Shown: positions 53,401-63,383, counted from the whole stretch's first letter. The stretch is 63,383 nt of DNA, filler included, from Kipferlia bialata (GCA_003568945.1; 5 parts of 5 records of this genome joined end to end with filler, not necessarily neighbours in it); one strand, 5' to 3'. Translations and numbers: made by a program. The notes: a model not told the origin generated them from the sequence alone.

Positions 53401-56400
53401 GCTGTCTGAGTCGAGCCACACCTTGATGCCAAGGTCAGTGGCATCGGTGATGTGGTTCTGGCAGGAGTCCACCAGAGAGAGGGAGAGGCTGAGGGCATCG
53501 TCTGGGTTGTGTGTGCCCGACACAGCCTCCACCCCACTGGCACTGGTGTCTATGGCACCATGGACCACAGTCACAGTGCCAGACATAGCGATGGTACCAT
53601 CCTCATCATATGCACTCAGGGTGTAGGTGCCAACCACCCCAAAGTCACTGGCAGTGGAGGTGGTCAGGGTGTAGAGACCATCTGCAGAGTGGACAAGGGT
53701 GTAGGGACCAGGGAGGGTGGCGTTGCCATCATGCGCGGCGACTGTAACAAGAACAGATGAGGTGGTGATTGGGTTCTGGTAGATATCTCTGAGATAGGCA
53801 CTGAGGGTGGTGGTGTCACATGCCACGTGGTCTGTGACATCGAGTAGATGGCTGGACAGGGTAGAACCAGTCATGTATGCAGGGGCAGCAGGAGACACGG
53901 TCAGAGTCCTGGTGGGGGTCATCTCTAGACTCTCCACCTTGAGGTTGAGGGTGTATGCCCCAGCTGTCTGGAACATGGAGGAAGGTGCAGTGGCCTCGAA
54001 GACACCACCGGCGTCATACACAAGGCCTAGGGTCTCAGCCCCAGTGTATCCGGTGGGTCCAACTATAGTGACAGAGACAGTATCGGCAGCAAGCCCGGTG
54101 ATGTCGTTGCCCCACTGATCCACGAGGTGTGCAGAGAGAGCCAGTGTCTGCCCTGCAACATGGCTGCTGAGACCAGTCTCGGAGAGGAGGGAGTCCCCAC
54201 TGTTGCGGGGGGCACCGTAGCCAACGCTGAGAGTGGTGGAACCCCACGTCATTTCGGCCAAACCCATGGTCACCTTTAGGTTGTAGGTGTCCGTGGCCAC
54301 AACCTTGCTGGAGGTGGCAGTGCCTGTGTAGGTACCGGCACTGGAGTAGGTGACACCCACTGTGTCCTCCAGATCATTGTTGCTATTATACACCTTGATG
54401 CCCAGTATGCCATCAGTGACACTGGAGATGGGGTTGTGGCAGCTGTCCTCCAGGTAAACAGACTGGCTGAGTGTGGTATCTGGGTCATGGGTACCCGGTA
54501 TGGCCACGATGCCGCTGTTGTCGTTGTCTCTGGACCCGACCACCACAGAGACAGTGGCAGGCATGGTGGGGGTGAGGCCACTGACTGCGGCACTGAGGGT
54601 GTAGGACCCGACTGTTCCAAAGTCACTGAATGTGGTGGTGGTGCTGGTGTAGAGACCAGACCCGGTGGGGGAAAGGGTGTAGGGCCCAGTGATGGGGGCA
54701 CTGGCGTTATTGGACACCACGGTCACAACCACACTACTGGCGTCTGGGATGGAGTTCCCGTACTCGTCCCTAACATACACACTGAGGGTGGTAGCAGTAC
54801 AGGCCATGTGGTCGATCACATTGACAATGTAGCTGAGGGAGGTGTCTCCGGCACTGTATGCTGGGGCGGCAGGGCTCACCACCAGCTTGCCCCAGGTACC
54901 AGAGACATCGACACCGTCCACAGAGAGGACAGCGGTGTACTCCCCTGCCGCAGTCAGAGTCTCGGCAGGCACGGCCACACTGTAGATACCACTGGAGAGT
55001 GTCAGTGTGAAGGTGACAGGGTCGTCGTAGGCATCGAGGTAGTCGGAGAGGGTGACGGTGACGGTGGCACTGATGACGTTGCTGTCAACGTCGACAACCT
55101 TGGCAGAGAGTGTGAATGCCTCTCCGGCTGTGGCAGCAAGGGTGGTGATGGTGGTGTAGTCCTGGTCAGCCACATGCACATCACCGGCTACCACAGTGAG
55201 GGCGGTGGTTGGGACGAGAGAGGCTGTCACGCTGGGGACAGTGACAGAGTACACACAGACAGGCACGAGGGAGGTGGACACATAGAAGAGGCCAGTGTCC
55301 GCGTCCTTGCTGAGTATCACAGTCTTACTCTCACCACACCCAGAGATGGAGGCAGAGAAGGTGGTCTCGACTGCGGGGTTGCCAAATGCATCTCTGGCAT
55401 CAAAGTACACACGCACTGTGTCCCTTGGCTGCACTGTGGCATTAAGTACACTGAGGGTACTGGCAGCACCATCTGTGGCAGCGGCAGTGACTGTCATGTC
55501 ACCAGTGGCCGTGATGATGGAGGAGCCGACAGAGACCTCGTAGGTGTAGGCCCCAGCGATGGAGGGGAGAGTGAGTGAGACCTGGTACTGTCCTGAGCTC
55601 ATCATAGATGCGGCATACCACTGGGTGGCCTCCTCCCCTACTAGTCTGAGTCTGACTGCACTGGTGTCATAGGCAGACAGAGAGGCACCGATGCTGTCCT
55701 CGAGGGAGACTGAGGCATTGACGGAGGTAGTCCCTGCCGCCCTGGGGTGAGACATAGCTGATATAATACTCAACATGGAGACATTATAGAGAGAAAGTGG
55801 AAGGGGGGGGGGGGCAGAGAGAGAGAGGATGTATCACTCACCCTGTAGCACTGGCGGTGCTCACATCAGCTGCGATACCAGATGGTACAGCACCCGTGAC
55901 AGAGGTGGGGCTGAACATGACCCCTGTGGCAATGGATGTGGTCTCTGTGCCCACCAGGGTAGGTGATGCCACCTGGTAGAGACCTGGGGTGTCCATATCG
56001 ACATCAGACACCAGCTCATCACCTCCATCGTGCAAGAAGGCGAATGCGTCTAACCCATATGTCAGTGTCATGCCGTTGTCCAGTGTGACGGGGGTGCCCC
56101 ACATGTCAAAGAGGGAGACACTGTCAGCTGGGTCGGAGACAGCACCGGATGTGAACACAGGGGACACGGCAATGTGGGTGATCTCTGGCGCAACGGCAGT
56201 GACAGAGATGGCTGGGTCAAGGGTGATGGTGGTGGTCCCAACCTAGATGGTCAGTGTCAGTGCCAGTGCCAGTGGTAGTTATAGTGGTAGTAGTAGCAGT
56301 ATATACACTACACTAAAACCCACCTTGATACTCAGGGTGTGGGTACCGGGGGTGGCCATGGTGATAGTGGCTGAGAACACACTGGCACCAGTGGGGAGGG

Positions 56401-56480
56401 AGAGGGCAACGTAGGTGGAGGTGTCGAGGAAGGCCTCGACCCCGCTAGAGGAGGCAGTGGCGGTGGCCAGGTTGCCATAA
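35465..56480 (-). CDS. Polycystin-1 (PKD1)-like giant protein, 5'-partial, about 6,900 aa visible: Ig/filamin-like repeats, EGF-like and cadherin-like modules, PKD/REJ, GAIN-GPS, 5 TM
   Basis: Exons 56480-56324, 56242-55842, 55741-36207, 36078-35465, all GT-AG and frame-compatible (20,707 nt). Recurrent D-x-(Y/W)-GN Ig/filamin motifs and EGF motifs (CRCAAGYSGDLC). REJ-like LVYEWTI, YLWQQTAGP and LTYSFTG...IGVWVYDAIGA segments. GPS-like KAWNGTDWSEEG...AYTQHFTSF, then TM1. PKD1-family motifs follow: HDWLSLIF...MT|GPRRLTCLMVFLFG, IIGVVTAFIATPP, LLYALKF...NWMIS...QDALINDPIKLL. Confidence 0.88.
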
Positions 56481-56551
56481 CTGGGGTGAGGGATAGAATA
56501 GTGCATATACATATACCAACATGATATACGCACATACGTGGGAGTGGGGAT

Positions 56552-56552
<1 letters not shown>

Positions 56553-56585
<33 letters not shown>

Positions 56586-56588
56586 ACC

Positions 56589-56624
<36 letters not shown>

Positions 56625-56635
56625 GGGGGGGGGGG
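56553..56635. repeat. poly(C)-poly(A)-poly(G) homopolymer tract in the upstream intron of the PKD1-like gene
   Basis: Long C, A and G runs; no further convincing upstream exon could be read beyond it. Confidence 0.7.
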
Positions 56636-58413
56636 TAGAGTCATACAGCTATGATGTGGATACCTAGACAAGACAATACTTATATGCGTGAGAGAGTGAC
56701 TCTCATTATTCAGAATGATTATTGTGACACTTTTCAACAACGTGTAAGAGACAGAAATAGTTGACCCTACTCCTATGAGCATCAGGACACACACACACAC
56801 ACATATATATAGAGAGAGAGACTATACACAGACTATAAGTTCAGTGATGCCCTCTTATAACAACTATGTACTAGTCTATAAGCAAGGGGAGCTATGGGAA
56901 GGGGGAAGGGGGTGTGACAGGTAGTAGCAGTTGAGAGGGTACAGTTCACTCCATTCTTCACCCAACATAACTTTAAAGAGAATAAATATACCTTGTGTCG
57001 TATACTGAACTTCTATACGACTTGCACGTGCAGTATTAGTACCTGAGAGGCCCTGTGTATGGCTCTGGTAACACCTCTTTAGTCCCATGACCCCCCGGGC
57101 CAGGAGAGCTCAGGTATCAGAAGAACCCACATTATTTGCTCTCAAACTGCATTTTAGTGCACAATGTACATAGATACACCATCATAAGGTGATAGTACAG
57201 CGATATGTGCTCTCAACTCCTTGAAATAGGATACGAGCACCGCCACTCTAGTACTACACCCTTTTGCACTTTACATTTATGTCTGTGATAGCCAGTATAT
57301 GTGGTACTGGTGTGTCATAGGGACCCAGTGGGCTACTGCCGTACCTTGTACCCACTATATGATGGTCTCCGTACAATATACTACTCAATAGTGAAATTGC
57401 GAGAGAATATGAAGCATTTCTCATGCCTTGGGGTAAGAGTATATGGTATCATAAAAGCCAAATAGACTGCTGCCACCACAGTGTGTGCCTTTGGCACCCT
57501 ATCTATACCCTCAGGAAGAGTTAACTACCCCTCACGACCCCAGTGCACCTCCCTCCCCCTCCCTCCCCCTTTCATCACCCCCCTCTTGTATATAGAGATG
57601 GTACTAGCACAACTGCACTACCCAGGCAGCCCCATTAACGACTCTACCAGTGGCAGATGTTCACCAATAGTGAGTGTGAGACAGCAGTGCACACATTCAA
57701 TGCTCCTATCTATTCTATATATGGCAATGGACACCACAGAAGCAAAACCTTATACAGTGACACTCGTTCTAACATTGATACTTAGTCCTTCTATTCATGG
57801 TTCTCTTCCTCCATTATCCTATCTAACATGTCTCTCTCCCATACAAAGGGACCCACCAGGGACCCACCAGGGATATAAACACACATATTAGGTGATTGTG
57901 TTCACCTGCAGTGTAGGCGACACCCACCTACCCATATACAAAGGGGGTGTACCTCTATAGCCACTACTACAAGTGATAGATGACCATTACCAGTGCACTC
58001 TGACCCACCTACCTCCGTCTCTACTCCTATCCAACCATGTGGGTCCATAGACTGAGTATATCATTGTACAGCATACTATGCATAACGCCAAGGTCTCTAT
58101 ATGGTATATGCAAACGCAGTGTATCGCTTGTGAGGCCAGTATAATATGCTTGTTAACCATCCTGGATATTGGTGCGGACACATGTACAGTCCGCATACCC
58201 CGTAGATCACTCATGGGGATACAGGACACATCACTGATATTCACTGTACACTGTATATACTAACTAATGGCGGAGTAAACGGGCAAATACTGCTGCACTA
58301 TACAATACCAATGATATACAGCAGTACTGCCAGTTACAGGTTAGCACAATATATACATATCACACACTCACACTGCCCCCCCCCCCCCCCCACCACACAC
58401 TCCCCCCCACCCC

Positions 58414-58513
58414 NNNNNNNNNNNNNNNNNNNNNNNNNNNNNNNNNNNNNNNNNNNNTTAATTAATTAANNNNNNNNNNNNNNNNNNNNNNNNNNNNNNN
58501 NNNNNNNNNNNNN
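58414..58513. other. Artificial contig-joining spacer
   Basis: N44-TTAATTAATTAA-N44. Confidence 0.97.
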
Positions 58514-58515
58514 GG

Positions 58516-58562
<47 letters not shown>

Positions 58563-58961
58563 TACCAATAATAACAACACCCGAATCACTCTGGTATGAA
58601 AACCGATTCGTATACACTTGTGTGTGGGTTGATCCACAGTGTATAATGTATAAGTAGGGAGAAGTGATTGGGAGATTTCAGCACAGAGCTCTGTCTCTGA
58701 CTGCCAATGGGGGAAGAGCACAATCACACCCACACACACCCACAAACAAACACACTCCAGTCCACCCCTTCACCTATATGACTCTCTATACATGCCTATA
58801 TATACTTCATACACACCTCAGGAACTGTGCCACCAGGGCCCCATATGCCAGTGCTGGCATATAAAATATATACACCCATTGCATTGTAAAATGCACTGCA
58901 GCAGAGTGAATACTAGACTAATACCATATGGTATATGTAGTGTATATACATATATTTATAC

Positions 58962-59032
58962 CTCAGGAACTGTGACACCATGGCCCCATAGGTCAGCAGA
59001 AAGAGCTCATTACTCACACGCTCCTCTGCCAT
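58962..59032 (-). CDS. BET3: TRAPP complex subunit Bet3/TRAPPC3, exon 1 (3'-partial)
   Basis: ATG at 59032 gives MAEERVSNELFLLTYGAMVSQFL-AG|GTATAA, which matches the Bet3 N-terminal signature ELFTLTYGALVxQL. Too short to appear in the ORF track. Confidence 0.8.
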
Positions 59033-59236
59033 GTCTCAGAGGGTGTACAGAGAGCACAAGGGGTGAAAGAGAGAGAGAGGCCACTTGTGGAGCCTCAGAC
59101 TCTGAGCCTCAGAGTCTGAGGCGACTGGTTTTTGAGTCTCATGTGCTGAACCCTTTTCTCATTCTCTATTTGGCAATCAGTGACGTCTCTCTGAGTCCGG
59201 AGCTGGATTATATACTCTTAGACTCTGACTGACACG
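59033..59236. promoter_or_regulatory. Putative bidirectional promoter containing a perfect 15-bp inverted repeat
   Basis: 204 nt between divergent ATGs (59032 on -, 59237 on +). GCCTCAGACTCTGAG-C-CTCAGAGTCTGAGGC lies at 59092-59122. Confidence 0.55.
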
Positions 59237-59523
59237 ATGACTAGAGGCAGAGTGTTAGTGCTGTGCCTCATGCTATACATGTGTGCGTTGGTGGATGCTG
59301 TCTCATGCTCCAATGCCCACTCTGCATATGGGGGTCGGATTCATGCCAAGGGAGAGAGAGAGATATCTATGCACACACAGGAGGCATCTAGTGCTGTCAA
59401 TGCTGCTAGTACTAAGGGGACTAAGGGGTTAGAGGGTGACTCCACCCCCAGCCCTTTTGTCACTGTGCACCTAGAGCCCTTTGCATACTGTGACCCAACG
59501 GGGGAGACAGAGCCATGTGAGTA

Positions 59524-59560
<37 letters not shown>

Positions 59561-59849
59561 GTGTATCCATATATATATATGAGTATACCTACTTACACCA
59601 ACTGGGGAGACGGAGCCATGTGAGTATATTGTATATACTCTCTCTATGCTCCCATTTGACATTGTGCTATGTATCCATTTACCGCTCTACCAAGCATTCT
59701 CCTATTTGTATACCTCTCCCCCCCCCTTCCACTGAATGGACCTTCTGTATGAGTACCCCAAGTGCGTATTGGCCTTTCATGAATACATCTCACCCCAGAT
59801 GGGTTCCTCTATGACCTGCTGATCCAACTCAACAAGGAAATGGGGACAG
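59237..59849 (+). CDS. Secreted/membrane protein with an iGluR/periplasmic-binding-type ligand-binding S1 segment, first two exons (3'-partial)
   Basis: Signal peptide MTRGRVLVLCLMLYMCALVDA. Exons 59237-59516 and 59799-59849 splice to VTVHLEPFAYCDPTGETEPYGFLYDLLIQLNKEMGT, resembling the EPF...GFxxDLLxxLxxxxG motif of glutamate-receptor/PBP2 ligand-binding domains. Confidence 0.65.
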
Positions 59850-60122
59850 GTATAGACTATTGATACGTATATATATATGTGTGTATATGAGTATACGCAT
59901 ACATACTCTGGATATATGTATGACCTTCTGATCCAGCTCAACAAGGAGATGGGTACAGGTATATAGTATGTATATTCATATATGTAAATATACTTAATAT
60001 ATATGAAATATACATATATGCACCAGTATGACCTTGCTGTACCTTCATGTCACTCATTCTCTCCCGAGACTATTATACGACATGCCCCCCCCCCCCCCCC
60101 CCCCCCCCTCCCCCTCCCTCCC

Positions 60123-60222
60123 NNNNNNNNNNNNNNNNNNNNNNNNNNNNNNNNNNNNNNNNNNNNTTAATTAATTAANNNNNNNNNNNNNNNNNNNNNN
60201 NNNNNNNNNNNNNNNNNNNNNN
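60123..60222. other. Artificial contig-joining spacer
   Basis: N44-TTAATTAATTAA-N44. Confidence 0.97.
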
Positions 60223-60296
60223 CCCCCCCAATACATATATTTTTGTGTGTTTGTGCATGGATACCCCCCCCCCCCCCTCTCCGTCAGCTCATCCAG

Positions 60297-60344
60297 GCTG
60301 CCATTGAGGACTACAAGAGGAAGGCCACAAAGAGGAACAAGTGA
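60297..60344 (+). CDS. Terminal exon, probably Fe-S scaffold IscU/Isu1
   Basis: Acceptor ctcatccag|GCT gives AAIEDYKRKATKRNK*, which resembles the IscU C-terminus (EDAIK)AAIxDYKxK. Only 15 aa, so tentative. Confidence 0.5.
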   Translation, partial: AAIEDYKRKATKRNK

Positions 60345-60683
60345 ATCACACCCTCGGACCATTAGCCCCCTTAGCCCCATTAGTATCCACCCCGATATGC
60401 CTCGTGATAGTTGCTATGAGAGCCTATATCCTCTGTGCACTATCTGTGGCGTGCTATCACCCATCTGATTATGGATGGACACATTTATTACACACTAGTT
60501 TTCTGTATGTGCTGATGAGAGAGATTCAATAGATGCACGAAGCTACAATCAGGCAACAACCAATGTCAGTGAAGTACTTGCTTTGGTATCGCAGTAATAG
60601 GTATATAGGTATTGCACTTTGTGAGAATAGCCCCAATTCAACCATCAAACACACTGGCTATAATACATTTATGTGGAACTCCC

Positions 60684-62173
60684 CTAGGAGACTAATAATA
60701 TGAAACATGTCACGACAGTGACATTGACAGCAGTCCTTCCTACCGGTGTTGTGTTAGTGACCAGCGGCATGAACTGAACAGAATACTCTCTCTCTCTCTC
60801 TAGGCCAGCCGTGTGAACTCACCAGCCGTACATCCAACCACCAGCTGGGGCAGAACCTCAGTCACCTGGGGGTGAGGGAAGGGATCGAGGAAATGAGCAT
60901 ATGGTACATACACATATAGATAATGTAAGTCATACACACCTGGTATGTGTCTGTTGACTCTGCCTCCCAAACCCCTGATACATATATATAATTACACACA
61001 TATTATTAATACCGTCAGTCACACATACCTGGTATGTGCCTGTTGACTCTGCCTCCCACTCCCCCGATGTGGCATTGGCCCTCCACAGAGTGAAGGTGAC
61101 AATGCCTGGGGGTCAGAGTGTATATATATATATATATAGGTATACATCCAATAGAGACAAGGTGACAATGCTTGGGGTCAGAGTAAATATATATATATAT
61201 ATATATATACAGATATAGGTATAGAACCAATAGAGACAAGGCCACATTGCCTGGGGTCAGTGGCATGGCAGCATGATAGTAGCCAACAGTATGATATATA
61301 TACTGGAACTAATAGTAGATATACTCTCTCCACATCTGGTGTGTCACATGTCATTGCGGTATTAAGAATGGAGGTAATCAGAATACTGCTTCATGTACCT
61401 GTTGTGTCGAATGCATACTCCATCTCCACAATGTCTCCATTCTGCCACACCGATGTGAAGGAGTTGTTGTTGGCACAGGGCTGGGAGCCATAGCACTTCA
61501 GGGCGCTGGGGTTAGACATACACCCGTAGCAATTAGTTAACATGAAATACGCAGGTATGTATACCACGCACCCCGAGCTGTACACAGCTGCATCCATGTG
61601 GGGTGTGTCTAGATAGTGTATAATTATACAGTCTATATATACACATAATTATACAGTATATATATACACATATGCATATGAGTGTGCTACTCACCCCGAG
61701 CTGTACACAGCTGCATCCATGTGGGGCTCATTGCCACTGGCCCCGTCGTCAAAGGTGTCGATGACATAGGAGGTGGATGTGATCATGACCCTAGCCGTGG
61801 TGGAGCCAATGTTGTCTATCCGGATCTGGGGGTGAGACAGATTCCCAACACACTCATATATATAGAGAATAAGTGTATTTATACTCTTCATACCTTTGCG
61901 TATAGAGAGGGAGTGGTCCCTGAGTCCTGGAAGGGTCCATAGGCCTGGATGGGATACACACTGGATGCCACAATGACATCGTTGGTCACATCGGCAGTGC
62001 CTCCTGGGGGGTTAGAGGTAATCACAATCGGCAAGAATTGAGAAAGAATGCAAAGACCCGTGTATTCTGAGTAATCATTGTTGCATACACAATACATGCA
62101 CGCACCACTGCACCCCGTATCTGTGAACTTGGCCGTGTCATCCCAGCCAAATGTCACTGCGCCAATACGGCCA
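60684..62173 (-). CDS. Multi-exon hypothetical protein (5'-partial), beta-rich, possibly SPRY/ConA-like at the C-terminus
   Basis: Exons 62173-62106, 62003-61894, 61825-61695, 61505-61399, 61105-61029, 60865-60823 splice in frame (...VWQNGDIVEMEYAFDTTGIVTFTLWR...VLPQLVVGCTA). The last exon 60739-60684 is uncertain and the domain call is weak. Confidence 0.6.
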
Positions 62174-62231
62174 CTGGGGGGTAAGGGAAGGAGGGGGGGG
62201 GGGGGGGGGGGAGAAAAAAAACATATTGTTT

Positions 62232-62331
62232 NNNNNNNNNNNNNNNNNNNNNNNNNNNNNNNNNNNNNNNNNNNNTTAATTAATTAANNNNNNNNNNNNN
62301 NNNNNNNNNNNNNNNNNNNNNNNNNNNNNNN
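62232..62331. other. Artificial contig-joining spacer
   Basis: N44-TTAATTAATTAA-N44. Confidence 0.97.
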
Positions 62332-62377
62332 AAAAGCCCAGAGGGAGTCCCCCCCCCCCCCCCCATTCACCCTCCAG

Positions 62378-63304
62378 GTACTGGTCCTAGCAGGCACTGT
62401 CAGTACTCGCATCACACACCCAAGAGAGAGGGGCCACAGCCTTGACAACAAGCACAGGTGAGAACATGTGTTGCTAGGCCTTATTGGATATCCAAATGAG
62501 CTAAGCGCTTGACTATTCTGTTACTACCCCATCTCTACCCCCTCACCCAGATACCTTGCCCTCCAGGTGCTCATCCCCAAGAGGAGGGGCTTTGGATTCG
62601 AGGTCACTGTCAAGGATGGAGCCGGGTCCAGACGCAGACTGGCCTTCAGCACTGTTATGAAGCACGTGAATGTGTCTCCTCTGGCTGCCAGGTATCCCCT
62701 ATAGACTATATACATGTATACCACTTGACAGTACTGTCCTCTCTGTTCTGAGCCAACCCGCCCTCTGCCCACCCCCAGGATCCCCCTCCATGTCCCAGCT
62801 GGTGTCTGGACCACAGTGGTGGTGGACTGTGCTAACCTCGCAGCAGGTATCAGTGAATCATCTTGTACACCTATACTGCCTCAGTTTTGGTATATGTGCA
62901 TTCTATATATGTGGTTCTCTGCGTAGTGATGCATGTAGATGTATAACTAGTGATGTCGGAACATCCCCCCCCCCCCTCCACCCCAGTCTTCTGATACTAG
63001 GACTGTTTGGGAGTGACTACCTGGGCATAGACTCTGTGTCCGTGTCTCCCTTCTGTTCCCTGCTCCGCCTCTTCACTCTGCTGGACCCCCCCATGCCTAC
63101 CATAGGTACCCATGGCATCTGTATCAATGCTTCCACTGTATGCGACAGTTGTGTATACAATACCTCTCACCCTCCAGAGCTCTTCAACAACCACATGCGG
63201 CCCCAGTCCGTAGGGTGCCCCCCTGACGCCCCTGCCCCCCTGCCCAAGCAGGTGTCGATGGCAGGGAAGGTGGACGTCATCATACTCGACACCTCATACG
63301 CAAG
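62378..63304 (+). CDS. CFAP20-domain (DUF667) protein, CFAP20DC/C3orf67-like, partial at both ends
   Basis: Exons 62378-62457, 62551-62691, 62779-62846, 63001-63105, 63178-63304 give VLVLAGTVSTRITHP...RYLALQVLIPKRRGFGFEVTVKDGAGSRRRLAFSTVMK...AARIPLHVPAGVWTTVVVDCANLAAGLFGSDYLGIDSVSVSPFCSLLRLFTL, the CFA20-domain motif series. Confidence 0.8.
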
Positions 63305-63326
63305 GTACGTCACATGCCTCTGATCC

Positions 63327-63357
<31 letters not shown>

Positions 63358-63383
63358 ACCCCCCCCCCCCCCCCAACAACCCA

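Noticed and set aside
599..55578. Hundreds of short antisense or alternate-frame ORFs (e.g. 2664-3677, 24842-25804, 51766-53163, 54436-55578)
   Set aside because: Shadows of long GC-rich, codon-biased CDSs, with no independent motifs or splice signals.
74..56480. Two giant convergent surface-protein genes as a functional cluster
   Set aside because: They lie on different contigs separated by an artificial spacer and a probable misjoin, so adjacency is uninformative.
56640..58413. Candidate first exon/signal peptide of the PKD1-like gene (CVCVLMLIGVGS) and other small ORFs
   Set aside because: Derived largely from (GT)n/(TA)n microsatellite, lies beyond a homopolymer junction, and no frame-consistent splice path was found.
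60930..61270. Spaced ~30-nt direct repeats as a CRISPR-like array
   Set aside because: Eukaryotic intron context, microsatellite spacers and no cas genes; the repeats are copies of splice junctions (reported as echoes).
31134..62331. Four identical TTAATTAATTAA palindromes flanked by N runs
   Set aside because: Artificial six-frame-stop contig linkers, not a biological repeat or piggyBac TTAA sites.

Overview
Eukaryotic, intron-rich genomic DNA with GT-AG introns, C/G homopolymer tracts and (TA)n/(GA)n microsatellites. The style suggests a free-living fornicate/metamonad protist such as Kipferlia (inference only). The window is five contigs joined by artificial 100-nt N44-TTAATTAATTAA-N44 spacers (31134, 58414, 60123, 62232), so gene order across them is meaningless. 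Contig 1: a 5'-truncated giant type-I membrane protein (about 9,100 aa visible; ~200-aa Cys-containing tandem units, then about 9 CUB-like domains, one TM and an M/Q-rich tail), an 8-exon 2-TM protein with a PPxY/PQY tail, and the 3' end of an ABCA transporter. Contig 2: two gene fragments diverging from a probable misjoin, and a polycystin-1-like protein (about 6,900 aa visible; Ig/filamin-like repeats, EGF, REJ, cysteine-free GPS) that has only 5 TM, no PLAT and no channel domain. The small contigs carry Bet3/TRAPPC3 exon 1 head-to-head with an iGluR/periplasmic-binding-like gene, a probable IscU last exon, an unknown gene and a CFAP20-domain gene. The most unusual signal is repeated 'echo' copies of exon ends plus their splice sites inside the adjacent introns. 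In the iGluR-like gene the echoes differ from the exons only by synonymous changes. All models were spliced by hand and no database searches were run.
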